A DNA stretch of 43,639 nucleotides from a virus. Lineage: Duplodnaviria > Heunggongvirae > Uroviricota > Caudoviricetes. The stretch lies in the IMG/VR virus record IMGVR_UViG_2617270952_000006. One strand, written 5' to 3'. Both the position numbers and the translations under genes were made by a program. The notes below the pieces were generated by a model that ran no database searches, was not told the DNA's origin, and saw only the letters and a program-made list of their open reading frames with translations. Each line of letters starts with the position of its first letter. The stretch's first letter is position 1. Positions 18,373 to 28,243 of the stretch are shown one piece after another.

Positions 18373-19644
18373 TTACGGATTACCGAAGAACTGACCGCCC
18401 ATGTGAGGGTTAAAGCACACATATGCAGGCAGTAAGTCGAAGCGCATTTTTTGCACGTTGGCATCGCCATCTGCGTATTTATGTACGCGGATGGAGAAAC
18501 CTTCATATGTTGCAACAGCAGAATCAATACTGTGCAGTTTCGGCAGTGGGATAGAGCCAAGTCCACAGAAGAACTTGTTATAGAACAGGTTTGGCTTCAT
18601 TGTCTGGCTAGCAGTGCCTACTACAGATACGGCATCGCCTGCCGCTACCTGACGACTTACAGAGTTGTACTGCGGGTTTGTAGTGTCATAAATCGGAACA
18701 CCAGAAAGCGTAACCGTCACATCGCCACTGCTGTCTGAATTAGCATCAGCAGTAACCGTTGCAGTGAAGCTAATTGGTGTGGCTCCGTTATACAACGCCT
18801 GTTTGGTCTGCTGTTGCAGCCAGTAGGTATTGGTGAATTTAACCTGATCACCAGCTTTCAGAAAACCTGTAACGCTGGCTGTCGCTCCGGTCAATGTTAC
18901 AGTGAACTGGTATGAGTCTTTAACTGCGTTATAGGTAACAGTTGGCTGTGTTTTGACTGTCAGTGTTCCGCCAAATGCCCCCTGCGTACGAGAGGCAAGC
19001 CCATTAGACATCAGTGCGCGAATGCCGCCAAAATTGGTTGGGATCTGCGCATTCTCCCATGCAGTACGAACCAATTGATCTGAAGCGTGCAAACCAGTCT
19101 GCGCATCAGCAAGTCGCTGTGCAGACCATGGATCCATTACAGCATAGTTTTCACCTTCATTAACGCCGAGATCTTTCAGGAAAGATGCCGTCTGCGCAAC
19201 ATCAGACCATTTGGTGATTGGAGTATTGGGGCTACCAAGTGACAACGCACCGTTATTCATCATGAAGTGAGCAAGCTCTGTTTCAAGGTCGGTAACGATT
19301 CGCTGGCGAACCGGCGCGAGAATTTCTTCCAGTTGGTTAAGCTTGATCGCTTCCTCCAGTTGCTGATATTCAACAGCAACAGTGATGTAGTTACCTACAC
19401 GCCCCGTTGCTTTACCTGAGTTCAGGTTGTTTTTATTTTGCCCTGAAATATCACCAGTGGGAGTACGGAGGGATGAGAATTGATGCGGACGTTTAAAGCT
19501 AACGCTATCGCCAGTGCTGGAGTTGATTTCACCTGCCAGCAACTGACGGTCTACGGTTTTCGCCAGAACTAAATCTGACATAAAACCAGGAAGGAATTTT
19601 TTCAGAACGATTTGACTGACGTTACTGTCGAGATTGTTAGGCAT
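18373..19644 (-). CDS. Major capsid (coat) protein, P22 gp5 / Sf6 gp5 type
   Basis: 423 aa, follows the scaffold gene; sequence recognised as an Sf6-like coat with insertion domain. Confidence 0.92.
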   Translation of the reverse strand: MPNNLDSNVSQIVLKKFLPGFMSDLVLAKTVDRQLLAGEINSSTGDSVSFKRPHQFSSLRTPTGDISGQNKNNLNSGKATGRVGNYITVAVEYQQLEEAIKLNQLEEILAPVRQRIVTDLETELAHFMMNNGALSLGSPNTPITKWSDVAQTASFLKDLGVNEGENYAVMDPWSAQRLADAQTGLHASDQLVRTAWENAQIPTNFGGIRALMSNGLASRTQGAFGGTLTVKTQPTVTYNAVKDSYQFTVTLTGATASVTGFLKAGDQVKFTNTYWLQQQTKQALYNGATPISFTATVTADANSDSSGDVTVTLSGVPIYDTTNPQYNSVSRQVAAGDAVSVVGTASQTMKPNLFYNKFFCGLGSIPLPKLHSIDSAVATYEGFSIRVHKYADGDANVQKMRFDLLPAYVCFNPHMGGQFFGNP

Positions 19645-19655
19645 TTATCTTTTCC

Positions 19656-20540
19656 TTATTCGATTTTTGCGCCGGGGCATAATTTGTTGAATTCGTCTTG
19701 TTTCGCATCAGCACCGCCACCACGTACTTCCGGCTCTGGCTTGATGGCTTTCTTTGGTTTTGGAGCAAGGCTTACCTGTTTGCTAATCTGCCCCAAGAGG
19801 AATGCTGCGCGAATTGGATCTGTCTCAGCGGCTACACGCTGGCGTAATTGCTGGCTCTTACCTAAGCCATAGGCGAGTAGTTCAGAGCCTTCGTCTGCAC
19901 AGTGAATGATGATTTCCTGCTGAATTGGTGGTAGCTCACTAAGAACAATGGCCTCCATTTCCTGATAATCTTTCACAGGAAGTTTGGCTGCCCGTTGTTT
20001 ATGCGCTTCTACCCTTTGCTGGAAACGCTGTTGGTATTCCTGTTGCTGACGTAGTTTTTGTTGCTGCTGCTGTTCGACACGGCCTTTTTTCTCATGCCAA
20101 TCAGTCAATGCCTGTTCAAACGCCTGTTCGTCATAATCACACGACTCAAGAGTCGGTTTTGGTGGAATAGCGTCTGGTTGTGGTTGCTGATGTTCCGCAG
20201 GCTTGGCTAATGCTTCCTCAAGCTGGCGGCGCAACTCACGGTTTTCTTTCTGTGTTTCTTTGAAGCCTTTGCGAAGATCTTTCACCCATTGCGGTGCAGG
20301 TTGCCCGTCAATGTGATCATCATCGTCAGCGTTAAGCTGAATTTCTTCATCACCAATACGCAAGGCGTAATCTTCTGGTGTCTCTTCGGTTTTTTCAGGC
20401 TCAGTTGCCACCTCTTTACCGTTGTCATCCTGGCTTTCATTCTCAGGCTGTGACTCTGTTTGGATGATGGTTTCTTCTGCATTTTCCTGTGTTTCAGACA
20501 GGCCAATAACCTGACCGTCGATGATCAGTTCGTTTTCCAT
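19656..20540 (-). CDS. Scaffolding protein (P22 gp8 analogue)
   Basis: 294 aa, highly charged, Q/E-rich helical; between portal and coat. Confidence 0.88.
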   Translation of the reverse strand: MENELIIDGQVIGLSETQENAEETIIQTESQPENESQDDNGKEVATEPEKTEETPEDYALRIGDEEIQLNADDDDHIDGQPAPQWVKDLRKGFKETQKENRELRRQLEEALAKPAEHQQPQPDAIPPKPTLESCDYDEQAFEQALTDWHEKKGRVEQQQQQKLRQQQEYQQRFQQRVEAHKQRAAKLPVKDYQEMEAIVLSELPPIQQEIIIHCADEGSELLAYGLGKSQQLRQRVAAETDPIRAAFLLGQISKQVSLAPKPKKAIKPEPEVRGGGADAKQDEFNKLCPGAKIE

Positions 20541-20553
20541 TGATTACTCCTAG

Positions 20554-22680
20554 TTAACTCGGCATTAAGTCTGCCGGAGACTGTGGTGGTGACTGGAATT
20601 GCTGTTGTTGTGACTCGGAGACATCTTTCAGAAGGCGTATTGCCTCCATCACTGCTTTGTCATCGATGTTTCTGGCTTGGGCCAGTTTATAGACAGTGTT
20701 TGCCTGACTCTCCATCGCATCCTGCTGGGCAGTAAATGCTTTGATTTGAGTTTGAGCAGTTTCGTTAGTTGCTTTTTGCGCTTCTGCCTGCGCTGCTACC
20801 ATTTGCGCCTGAGCGAGAACCATTTCAGGATTTGGCTGGCTTTGTGCTGCCATTTGCGCCTGTTGAACAATCTGCTGCTCTTTCTCATTGCGTGGTTTTG
20901 CAATACCAGATATCAGCAGTTGGTTTCGGTTGTACTCTTTGAAGTCATCAAGGCCTTCGCCATCGATATTGTCCAGAATAATACCCTGAATTGCCGGGCG
21001 CATTGGGTCTGTTGGAAGCATAGAGCTAAGGACATTTGTCAGTACAGAAACCGTTGCATCACGTCGTGCTGTGTAGCTTGGTCCAACATCAACCGTCACA
21101 TCGTATCGACCGACAGAAAGGTCATTTAACGCAACAACAGCCCCTGTTTGCCTGTCAACAACCTGTGCGCTCAGGACAGCGATATCATCACTTCCATCTT
21201 CGTTAACGATGCGCACTTCACGTTCTGAACCGTACACTTCACGCGCCATTGACAGCCATACTTCACCAGCGCGTTTAAGACTTTTCGCCATATTGTCCAG
21301 ATAGATAAACGAAGCCATATCTGCTCTGTTCATCAAGTTGTTAACCGTTTCCTGAGCAATATTACTTGGCATCTGCTGCATGGCCTGACTGCCGCCTGTA
21401 ACCTCCTGAATATCTGCACTGGTTTGCTGTAGTAATGCAGCCAATGCCTGATTCATAACCGCAGGCTGTGTATATCCTGCCGGGGTAGCTCCAGCGATAA
21501 TGTTGCCAGATTTATCTCTCACTTCGCGCAACGGCAAGAACGCTGGGCGTTTCTTGTTGCGAGCCTCCCAGTGCTTCTCAAGTCCACGAATTTGCTCCAT
21601 GCCAACTATAGGAATCTGACCGGGGTCTTGCGCTGCAGTATCAGCCAGCATTGAAACCTGAAGGTTGTACAAACGCTGTGGATCCATTGCTTTTGCAATG
21701 TGCCCTTCGACACGCTCAATGTCATCAATGAACCAGCGTTTTCCATAAACCGGGATGAGTGGGATATGCTCACCAGGAATACGTCGAGGGTTCTCAAGGA
21801 AACCATCACCATCCACTACGGATACATACACACGACGGCGCTTCACTGAGCGCCTTGCCACTTCATGAAATCCAGCTATTGCCAGTTCATCTTCAATATC
21901 TTCAACCTGATCACTGTCGTATGTTGCAATCTCTCCAGTGATTGGATGTCGATAACTGATGACGTCAACAGACTCTTTACGAACTTCGTAATACTTCGCT
22001 ATGTAAATAACATCTGCACCAAACCAGTTATATTCCCAACTGGTCATAGACGTTACATCCAGAGAAGTAGGAGGTTTCTTTCCGTATTCAGCCTCATATT
22101 TTTCAGGTGACAACGAATACATACAGAACGCCCACAACGCGTCAGATTTGTCGTACTTCTTAGCGTCAGGGTCAAACCACACAGAGCGCGACGGGTCGTA
22201 TATTGGTTCAATAGCAATACGCTGACGATCGTCCATGGGGTCGTATTCATTGACCAGCATCGACGTCAAACGGAAGCAACCGAAACCACCAGTAGCAGCG
22301 TCGTCAAATGCATTATCGCAAGCCTCACCGCCATCAGTTTCTTCGTAGTCAGCACGGAACAGACCATTTAATTTATTGGCTAACTCTTCGCTTGCCTCTC
22401 TGTCACCAGGACGAAACTTAACGGTTATTCTGTTATTGCGGTATTCTGCAATGATGCGGTTAAGTTCAGTTGCTACCTTATTGATTTCAAACTTAGGATA
22501 CTTCTCGAACTGCTCATCAAGCTTAGTTCCAGCCGCCGTTGCTCCTTCCCATTGACCTCCGGGGACACGAGCAAACCTCGTAGCTTCAATGCACTTTTCG
22601 CGCACTTCCTTCTGTGGAGAATAGGCGCGGTCAAACCTGAGCATGATCCGCTCATGTTTTTTCTCTAATGTCTCTGCCAT
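20554..22680 (-). CDS. Portal protein (P22 gp1 family)
   Basis: 708 aa from MAETLEKKHERIMLRFD; ATG 22680 lies 2 nt after the terminase stop; long helical Q-rich C-terminal barrel region. Confidence 0.92.
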   Translation of the reverse strand: MAETLEKKHERIMLRFDRAYSPQKEVREKCIEATRFARVPGGQWEGATAAGTKLDEQFEKYPKFEINKVATELNRIIAEYRNNRITVKFRPGDREASEELANKLNGLFRADYEETDGGEACDNAFDDAATGGFGCFRLTSMLVNEYDPMDDRQRIAIEPIYDPSRSVWFDPDAKKYDKSDALWAFCMYSLSPEKYEAEYGKKPPTSLDVTSMTSWEYNWFGADVIYIAKYYEVRKESVDVISYRHPITGEIATYDSDQVEDIEDELAIAGFHEVARRSVKRRRVYVSVVDGDGFLENPRRIPGEHIPLIPVYGKRWFIDDIERVEGHIAKAMDPQRLYNLQVSMLADTAAQDPGQIPIVGMEQIRGLEKHWEARNKKRPAFLPLREVRDKSGNIIAGATPAGYTQPAVMNQALAALLQQTSADIQEVTGGSQAMQQMPSNIAQETVNNLMNRADMASFIYLDNMAKSLKRAGEVWLSMAREVYGSEREVRIVNEDGSDDIAVLSAQVVDRQTGAVVALNDLSVGRYDVTVDVGPSYTARRDATVSVLTNVLSSMLPTDPMRPAIQGIILDNIDGEGLDDFKEYNRNQLLISGIAKPRNEKEQQIVQQAQMAAQSQPNPEMVLAQAQMVAAQAEAQKATNETAQTQIKAFTAQQDAMESQANTVYKLAQARNIDDKAVMEAIRLLKDVSESQQQQFQSPPQSPADLMPS

Positions 22681-22682
22681 GT

Positions 22683-24095
22683 TTACCAACCGGAGGATGA
22701 GGGAACGTATATTTCTGCTTCTTCGCGGACCAATGCCGGGCAATGCATACACATCATCAGCGCATCAGCCAGGTTAGGAGATGGAATACCGAGCTTCTGC
22801 TTCATTTCGACCTTAGTCATAAGCTCCAGCTTCCCGTTATTATTGAATTTGCGCTGAATCTGCGTCAGTTCTGCAAACAGCTTCTCCAGCATCTTCTCGC
22901 CTATCGCTTCTTTGTCGAAACTCAGCATGTCGTCTGGGTCTGCATACTCACCGTGGACAACCGCCCGATATGTCAGATACAGCCTGTCAGCCAGCGCGTA
23001 ATAGAATTGCGCTCGCTTATTGCGGAATACATCGCCAATAGTGCGAACGTTGTCGCCCTGCACGACTTCATCAGCCCATGCTCCGGCCTGATACGGCGCA
23101 TCTTCATCGAATGGCGATTCGCTGCCCTTGAACATCGTGGCGGTGATTTTCTTGCCGGAGAACGCTTCCGTTGTCTGTCTGCGTAGTCCGGCACCGACAC
23201 CATCACCATCCCACAGGTAGTGGTCAGCGCCGTCTTCAATCGCCAGCGAAGTAGCCCAGTCAGCGCCCTCGTTGATGTCCATCAGCAGACCTTCGGCAAT
23301 ACGCTTAACTACCGAACCGTGACGCGATGCGTAACCTTTAGCATCTGGACCTGTATCTGACGGGTCATGCGCAGAGACAACGGCGCCTTTCGCCTTCCAT
23401 CCGAGTTTCTTGTGCGCATCGGTTGCGGCTTCAAGCCATTCACGTTTGATAATTGCCATATCACTTGCGCTCACTGGCTCACCAAGCCAGATGTGACGAT
23501 ACAGTGTCGGGGTTCTGCGTTTACACTCTTCCATCTCCAGACGGAGGACTTCAGGAAAGTGCGGGTTGTCGGTGTAGTTCACTGTCAGCAGACAAATATC
23601 ATCGGGAGGATTTACAACGAATCGCTGATAGGTATCGTCGAGTATGTTCTTCGGGTTAAAGCTCACCCATATTTCAGAGAACGGCTTACGGATGGTTGGT
23701 ATCAGGATATCCCATGATTCCTTCGTTACCGCTTCCGCTTCTTCCACCCAGCAGATATCAATGCCTTCGAGCGATTTAATCTTCGTCGGGTTGTTTTTGA
23801 TGCCGTAGAACATGAATTCAGCATTCGTTCCGAGATGACGAATCATTGAACGCTGAATTTCAAACTCAGCCGAATACCCTTCCCGCTCGATGGTGTCTTC
23901 AAGCAACCGAATTACCGAATCGCTGATACTGTTTTGCAGTTCACGAGCGCAGAGTATGCGCACCGGCTGCCGACGCGCCGCTTCAACAAGCAGCCTCGCA
24001 ATTGCCCATGATTTACCGCTACCTCGACCGCCTTTGGCGACTTTGTAGCGATGCGCCTCAATGAACGGTTCAAAGATAGGATTAATCGAGGTCAT
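22683..24095 (-). CDS. Terminase large subunit (Sf6 gp2 type)
   Basis: 470 aa; Walker A KGGRGSGKS; C-terminal nuclease region; overlaps the small subunit stop. Confidence 0.93.
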   Translation of the reverse strand: MTSINPIFEPFIEAHRYKVAKGGRGSGKSWAIARLLVEAARRQPVRILCARELQNSISDSVIRLLEDTIEREGYSAEFEIQRSMIRHLGTNAEFMFYGIKNNPTKIKSLEGIDICWVEEAEAVTKESWDILIPTIRKPFSEIWVSFNPKNILDDTYQRFVVNPPDDICLLTVNYTDNPHFPEVLRLEMEECKRRTPTLYRHIWLGEPVSASDMAIIKREWLEAATDAHKKLGWKAKGAVVSAHDPSDTGPDAKGYASRHGSVVKRIAEGLLMDINEGADWATSLAIEDGADHYLWDGDGVGAGLRRQTTEAFSGKKITATMFKGSESPFDEDAPYQAGAWADEVVQGDNVRTIGDVFRNKRAQFYYALADRLYLTYRAVVHGEYADPDDMLSFDKEAIGEKMLEKLFAELTQIQRKFNNNGKLELMTKVEMKQKLGIPSPNLADALMMCMHCPALVREEAEIYVPSSSGW

Positions 24096-24517
24096 TTTCC
24101 GAATAGAGTGCTCATCGGTGATGTTTCAATCTGAATTGCGCCGCCGTCTTTGCCGACAAGCTCGTTAGTTACTTTGTCGCCATACTTACGGGGATTCATT
24201 CGGGCCAGCGCCCATTTGCGGGTATCAACGCGAAGTCTTGCCTTTGCCACCTCAGCAGCATCTGGAATCGCAGTGTCAGCAATTTCGAATATCTCTTCGA
24301 AAATAGAATCAGCTCGTGCCTCAGTTGCCTTCGCGTACTTGTCTCTAAATTCTTCATGCTCTGACAGCCAGCGAAATACAGTAGCCTTTGCTGGCATGCC
24401 GGGGCGCTTGCAAACCTTAACCAGACTTTCCCCGGAGGCAAGCAGCGCACAGATATCATCAGCCACCTCCGGTAGGTAATCCGAAGGGCGACCGACATTC
24501 TTTTTCTCAGTCGCCAT
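24092..24517 (-). CDS. Terminase small subunit (Sf6 gp1 type)
   Basis: 141 aa; GRPSDYLPEVADDICALLASGESLVKVCKRPGMP HTH region recognised as the Sf6 small terminase. Confidence 0.9.
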   Translation of the reverse strand: MATEKKNVGRPSDYLPEVADDICALLASGESLVKVCKRPGMPAKATVFRWLSEHEEFRDKYAKATEARADSIFEEIFEIADTAIPDAAEVAKARLRVDTRKWALARMNPRKYGDKVTNELVGKDGGAIQIETSPMSTLFGK

Positions 24518-24596
24518 ATTGATTATTTCCCTTCTGCTTGCTTATCCCATTCATCGCGGAATTTGGATGGGTTGTCGAAACCTTGAGTTGCCATGT

Positions 24597-24839
24597 TTAT
24601 GCTCCGGTAGTGAACAGGTCTAACGCTTCCTTCGATTTACGCACCGCTTCGATAGTGCGGGTCGTGATATCTGAATTAGCGCCACCTGACTGGAAGTGAA
24701 TCTTGAATAGCTCAAGCTTCAGCTCGTCAGTGCCAATGAATTGAAATGCTTCTTCTGCGGCTGCGTTCTGGTTCATGACCAGTTTGTAAATCTCTAACTG
24801 GAATTTCTGTTCTTCAGTCATGGGAATAATCTCTGCCAT
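24597..24839 (-). CDS. Conserved 80-aa hypothetical protein upstream of terminase
   Basis: 80-aa ORF in the late strand; P22 carries an 80-codon ORF at this position as I recall. Confidence 0.5.
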   Translation of the reverse strand: MAEIIPMTEEQKFQLEIYKLVMNQNAAAEEAFQFIGTDELKLELFKIHFQSGGANSDITTRTIEAVRKSKEALDLFTTGA

Positions 24840-24942
24840 TGTTGGCTCCGTTTATCCGTTAAAAGGGATATCAGTTAAGTTATCCCGTGTAGGGTATAAG
24901 CCATTATCAAAGCCACTCTGTAGGGAATGGCTTTTGTAATAA

Positions 24943-25317
24943 CTACTGTTCGCTTAGCTTCTGCTTCAGCAAGTAACCTTCGAGCATCCAGATTTTGTTT
25001 ACAGCATTCTGCCGGGCAATCTTCCGACCAATTTCTGCATCAAAGTTTTCCGGGCTTGCACAGGCACTCTCTCCGGTAACGGTGAAGCCATTCTTCAGTA
25101 CCAATACGCAGAAAGTGAGAAGGTGCAGAGCATCAGGGGTGGCTTCGACATAAGGCTCCGGATTATAAATAAGGTCATCTTCTTTAGCCTGGTGGTCACC
25201 CTGCGCAGCAGTGAAAAAATGCTCACTGCAAATGAGGCCTTCAATTTTCTCGGGTGTTACACGCGGTGCCGTTTTGCCTTTCTCAACGATTTCTTTTTCG
25301 ATTTGCTGGTCGTTCAT
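24943..25317 (-). CDS. N4 Gp49 / Sf6 gp66 family protein
   Basis: LTFCVLVLKNGFTVTGESACASPENFDAEIGRKIARQNA is the hallmark segment of that family. Confidence 0.75.
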   Translation of the reverse strand: MNDQQIEKEIVEKGKTAPRVTPEKIEGLICSEHFFTAAQGDHQAKEDDLIYNPEPYVEATPDALHLLTFCVLVLKNGFTVTGESACASPENFDAEIGRKIARQNAVNKIWMLEGYLLKQKLSEQ

Positions 25318-25600
25318 AATTATGCCCCTGTGGAGTGGTTGCTTGATTAGGATGTCTTTCCATCAGTCCGCCACCACAAAGAATCTTTTTTGCCATAAGG
25401 CAGGAGGTTCATCTTTCAGTGGCTGCCAGTGTTATTTCCCCACTTTCTGGCTTGGGTTGCTTCGTGGTACTGCCGTAACTGGTGGTGCACAGATTTAGTT
25501 AAATCTGTTCTCGCCTGAACTATCTTTTACATACCCGGATTGTGGGGATGTAAATCACGGTTTCATTATCAAGCCCACCCGTAGATGGGCTTTGGAATGG

Positions 25601-26119
25601 TCACTTTGGCAGTCCGGGGATCGATATTTGCGCCTGCTGCTCAAGCCTTTCGATTCTTGCTATGAGTTGCAGTTTTTTGACCCTGCCCCAGCGGTTCAGC
25701 AAGCGTCCTGACATACTGGCAACATCCTTTTCCTTCATGAACTCCAGCATTAACTCGTTGTGCTCTCTTTGGTATGAGTGAGCCATCTCCATCAGCCTGT
25801 CACGCATCCAATTAAATGCTTTGATAAACGCCTCTTTGATGGCGGCAGCTTTTTTGCCGGTAAACGACATGATGATGTACATCGCACCGTCTTTGGAAAT
25901 TTCATATTCAACATACTGATTACCCTTGTGTTCATAGGTAACCCGCGAAAAGTTGCTGGTTAGAAATTCATCAGAACAGTCTAGCTTTTCGATTTTCTGA
26001 ATGATGTGGTGATGCTGCTTGTCGAAGTAAGCTGCTACCTTGCGGGAGGTTGTGATCACGCGATCACCAGAAACAACCACCATGTCCCGGAAATCGAGAT
26101 TAGCCAATTGATGATTCAT
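25601..26119 (-). CDS. rha: Rha-family phage regulatory protein
   Basis: From MNHQLANLDFRDMVVVSGDRVITTSRKVAAYFDKQHHHIIQKI (pRha domain). The upstream extension to 26275 spans a terminator. Confidence 0.8.
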   Translation of the reverse strand: MNHQLANLDFRDMVVVSGDRVITTSRKVAAYFDKQHHHIIQKIEKLDCSDEFLTSNFSRVTYEHKGNQYVEYEISKDGAMYIIMSFTGKKAAAIKEAFIKAFNWMRDRLMEMAHSYQREHNELMLEFMKEKDVASMSGRLLNRWGRVKKLQLIARIERLEQQAQISIPGLPK

Positions 26120-26259
26120 AGCGTCTTTACCTTTTAGAAAGTGAGCCTGTCTCACAGAAAAGCCGCCCGAGAGAGGTCGCCACCTATAACGGCATTTCTC
26201 AGGCTCGCTTACTGAAAGGCTCTCGTTAATATGCGCGTGAGATGCGCTGTGAAATACAG

Positions 26260-26286
26260 ATATAAAAAGCCCCACGAATGCGAGGC
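26260..26286 (-). terminator. Intrinsic terminator after Rz
   Basis: Minus strand agcctc-gcattcgt-ggggct followed by ttttatatc. Confidence 0.6.
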
Positions 26287-26460
26287 TAAATCCTGGTATT
26301 TGTAATGACTGGCTCTTATCTCAACGCAGCCCCTTACCGCGCGCCAGATGCTCAATATCAAGCATCAGCAATGAGATGTTTAATCTGGATTCACTCCAGA
26401 AGTGATCACCACCCTGTCTACAGAGCCAGATGTGAAGGATGATGAGTAAAATTATCGCTA

Positions 26461-26898
26461 TCATCGAAGGCATTGCGTCCTGATGTACTCCTGCAGGTAG
26501 TTAACCTGCGCGGTTATCCTGTCGATTCCACTTCTGAGACGGTAATAATTGAGTTCAGCATCTGCTGTAAGTCTTGGGCTTTCTCCATCGCCCATGCTGC
26601 TGGCTCCGGTCGTTGGCTTTGCACAGGTGGCGGCGACTTGCAGGCGCTTACGACCAGCAGAAACATCAGCACGGAGGCTTTCGATAGTCGCGTTAGCATC
26701 AGCAAGCTCCTTTGTGTATCTGGCGTCGAGTTCTGCTACATCACGTTGACGCTTCTGCATATCAGCGATTGTGGATGCGGCTTTGTCGCGCTGGGCTTTG
26801 TAGGCGATGGCGTTATCACGGTAATGATTAACAGCCCATGACAGACAGACGATGATGCAAATAACCAGAGCGGAGATAATCGCAGTTACCCTGCTCAT
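26461..26898 (-). CDS. Rz: i-spanin Rz
   Basis: [24 protein letters not shown]-terminal TM plus coiled coil; ATG overlaps the endolysin stop (ATGA). Confidence 0.9.
   Translation of the reverse strand: MSRVTAIISALVICIIVCLSWAVNHYRDNAIAYKAQRDKAASTIADMQKRQRDVAELDARYTKELADANATIESLRADVSAGRKRLQVAATCAKPTTGASSMGDGESPRLTADAELNYYRLRSGIDRITAQVNYLQEYIRTQCLR
26514..26705 (-). CDS. Rz1: o-spanin Rz1, embedded in Rz in the +1 frame
   Basis: Lipobox LVVSAC then proline-rich [16 protein letters not shown]; fully nested within Rz. Confidence 0.85.
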   Translation of the reverse strand: MLMLTRLSKASVLMFLLVVSACKSPPPVQSQRPEPAAWAMEKAQDLQQMLNSIITVSEVESTG

Positions 26899-27398
26899 TG
26901 TTGCCCCCACAAACAGACCTCACGCTCAATCTCACGACGAGTCATCAGGCCTTTCCATTGCTTACCGCCAGCGTATGCCCAGCGACGTAGCTGGTCACAT
27001 GCGCCCTTGATATCGCCCTGGTTTATTTTGCGAAGAAGAGTAGATGTTCTGAAATTGCCTGCGCCCACGTTATAGACGAACGAGTAAAGAGCGCCGCGCG
27101 TTGTTTCCGGTATATCGACTTTGATGTACGGGTTAATTTGTCTGGCTACCGTGGCAAGGTCTTTATTCAGGAGGGCTTTGCATTCTGCTTCGGTATACGT
27201 TTTACCGGGAATGATGTCTTTTCCTGTATGCCCGTGACATACAGTCCATACGCCAACAATATCTTTGTATGGTATGTAGCTGACACCTTCCAGACCATCG
27301 TTACCACTTGGCCCAGTGATTAACACAGATGCTATAGCAATAGCCCCGCCACTTATCGCCGCTATTACGCTATTTCGTAGTGCCGGTGACATTGCCAT
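26895..27398 (-). CDS. SAR endolysin (phage 21 / GH24 lysozyme type)
   Basis: N-terminal weakly hydrophobic SAR segment [21 protein letters not shown]; catalytic E-x8-D-x5-T pattern in [17 protein letters not shown]. Confidence 0.88.
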   Translation of the reverse strand: MAMSPALRNSVIAAISGGAIAIASVLITGPSGNDGLEGVSYIPYKDIVGVWTVCHGHTGKDIIPGKTYTEAECKALLNKDLATVARQINPYIKVDIPETTRGALYSFVYNVGAGNFRTSTLLRKINQGDIKGACDQLRRWAYAGGKQWKGLMTRREIEREVCLWGQQ

Positions 27399-27573
27399 TC
27401 AATCTGTCCTCGCGCTCTTTGCGCTTGTAGTACCAGTTGATGCCAAATGTGCCGACAGTACAAAGAATACCAATGATGACAGCCCAGTCATTCAGGGAGA
27501 GAATGCCACCCATCGCAGTCAGTCCTCCGAAGCTGTAACTGAACCATTCTCTGATTTTGTCCATACGGTACAT
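27370..27573 (-). CDS. Class II (pinholin-like) holin with dual start motif
   Basis: 67 aa, MYRMDK (Met1/Met4 separated by Arg), two TM segments, charged C terminus; precedes the SAR endolysin. Confidence 0.8.
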   Translation of the reverse strand: MYRMDKIREWFSYSFGGLTAMGGILSLNDWAVIIGILCTVGTFGINWYYKRKEREDRLNGNVTGTTK

Positions 27574-27972
27574 GCTCTACCCCTTCATTGAGGGGATTTG
27601 CTCTATTTAATTAGGAATAAGGTCGATTACTGATAGAACAAATCCAGGCTACTGTGTTTAGTAATCAGATTTGTTCGTGACCGATATGCACGGGCAAAAC
27701 GGCAGGAGGTTGTTAGCGCAACCTCTTGCCACCCGTTTTCACGAAGGTCATGTGTAGAAGGCCGCAGCGTAACTATCACTGATGAATTCAGGATAGCCAG
27801 TGGCTACGGCTCAGTTTGGGTTGTGCTGTTGCTGGGCGGCGATGACGCCTGTACGCATTTGTTGATCCGGTTCTGCTTCCGGTATTCGCTTAATTCAGCA
27901 CAACGGAAAGAGCACTCGGTGCATTTAAGCCAAGCCCCATAAGGGAGAATGCCCTTACCTGTTGTGCAGATA

Positions 27973-28032
27973 TAAAAAATCCCGAAACCGTTATGCAGGC
28001 TCTAACTATTACCTGCGAACTGTTTCGGGATT
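27973..28032 (-). terminator. tR' terminator of the late leader (lambda type)
   Basis: Minus strand aatcccgaaac...gtttcgggatt long hairpin followed by tttttat; matches lambda tR' as remembered. Confidence 0.85.
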
Positions 28033-28166
28033 GCATTTTGCAGACCTCTCAGCCTGCGATGGTTGGAGTTCCAGACGATACGTCGAAGTGACCAACTAGG
28101 CGGAATCGGTAGTAAGCGCCGCCTCTTTTTATCTCACTACCACAACGAGCGAATTAACCCATCGTT
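27973..28166 (-). ncRNA. Lambda-type 6S late leader RNA (PR' to tR')
   Basis: About 194 nt from the predicted +1 (7 nt after TAAATT) to the tR' T run; sequence near-identical to my memory of lambda. Confidence 0.75.
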
Positions 28167-28172
28167 GGGTCA

Positions 28173-28201
28173 AATTTACCCAACTTTATTCAAAAAGTCA
28201 A
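28173..28201 (-). promoter_or_regulatory. Late promoter PR' with qut site (lambda type)
   Basis: Minus strand TTGACT (28201-28196), 17 bp, TAAATT (28178-28173), then the AACGAT pause-inducing element. Confidence 0.85.
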
Positions 28202-28243
28202 TATCATGCCGTTAATATGTTGCCATCCGTGGCAATCATGCTG

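Noticed and set aside
22681-22752. N-terminal extension of the portal ORF (MYALPGIG...)
   Set aside because: It overlaps the terminase large-subunit 3' end. The ATG at 22680 gives the canonical packing and a 708-aa portal.
24523-24594. 23-aa micro-ORF (MATQGFDNPSKFRDEWDKQAEGK) between orf80 and the small terminase gene
   Set aside because: It is very short, with no clear SD and no recognisable motif, so support is insufficient.
25490-25509. Perfect hairpin acagattt-agtt-aaatctgt in the rha to gp66-like spacer
   Set aside because: There is no T tract on either strand and no adjacent promoter or ORF, so I cannot assign a function.
26120-26275. Upstream extension of the rha ORF
   Set aside because: The extension spans an intrinsic terminator (26260-26286) and has no homology-like features. 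The Rha domain begins at MNHQ (26119).
27596-27972. Long spacer between tR' and the holin, scanned for ORFs and tRNA genes
   Set aside because: It matches the non-coding late leader of lambda from memory, and no cloverleaf or credible ORF was found.
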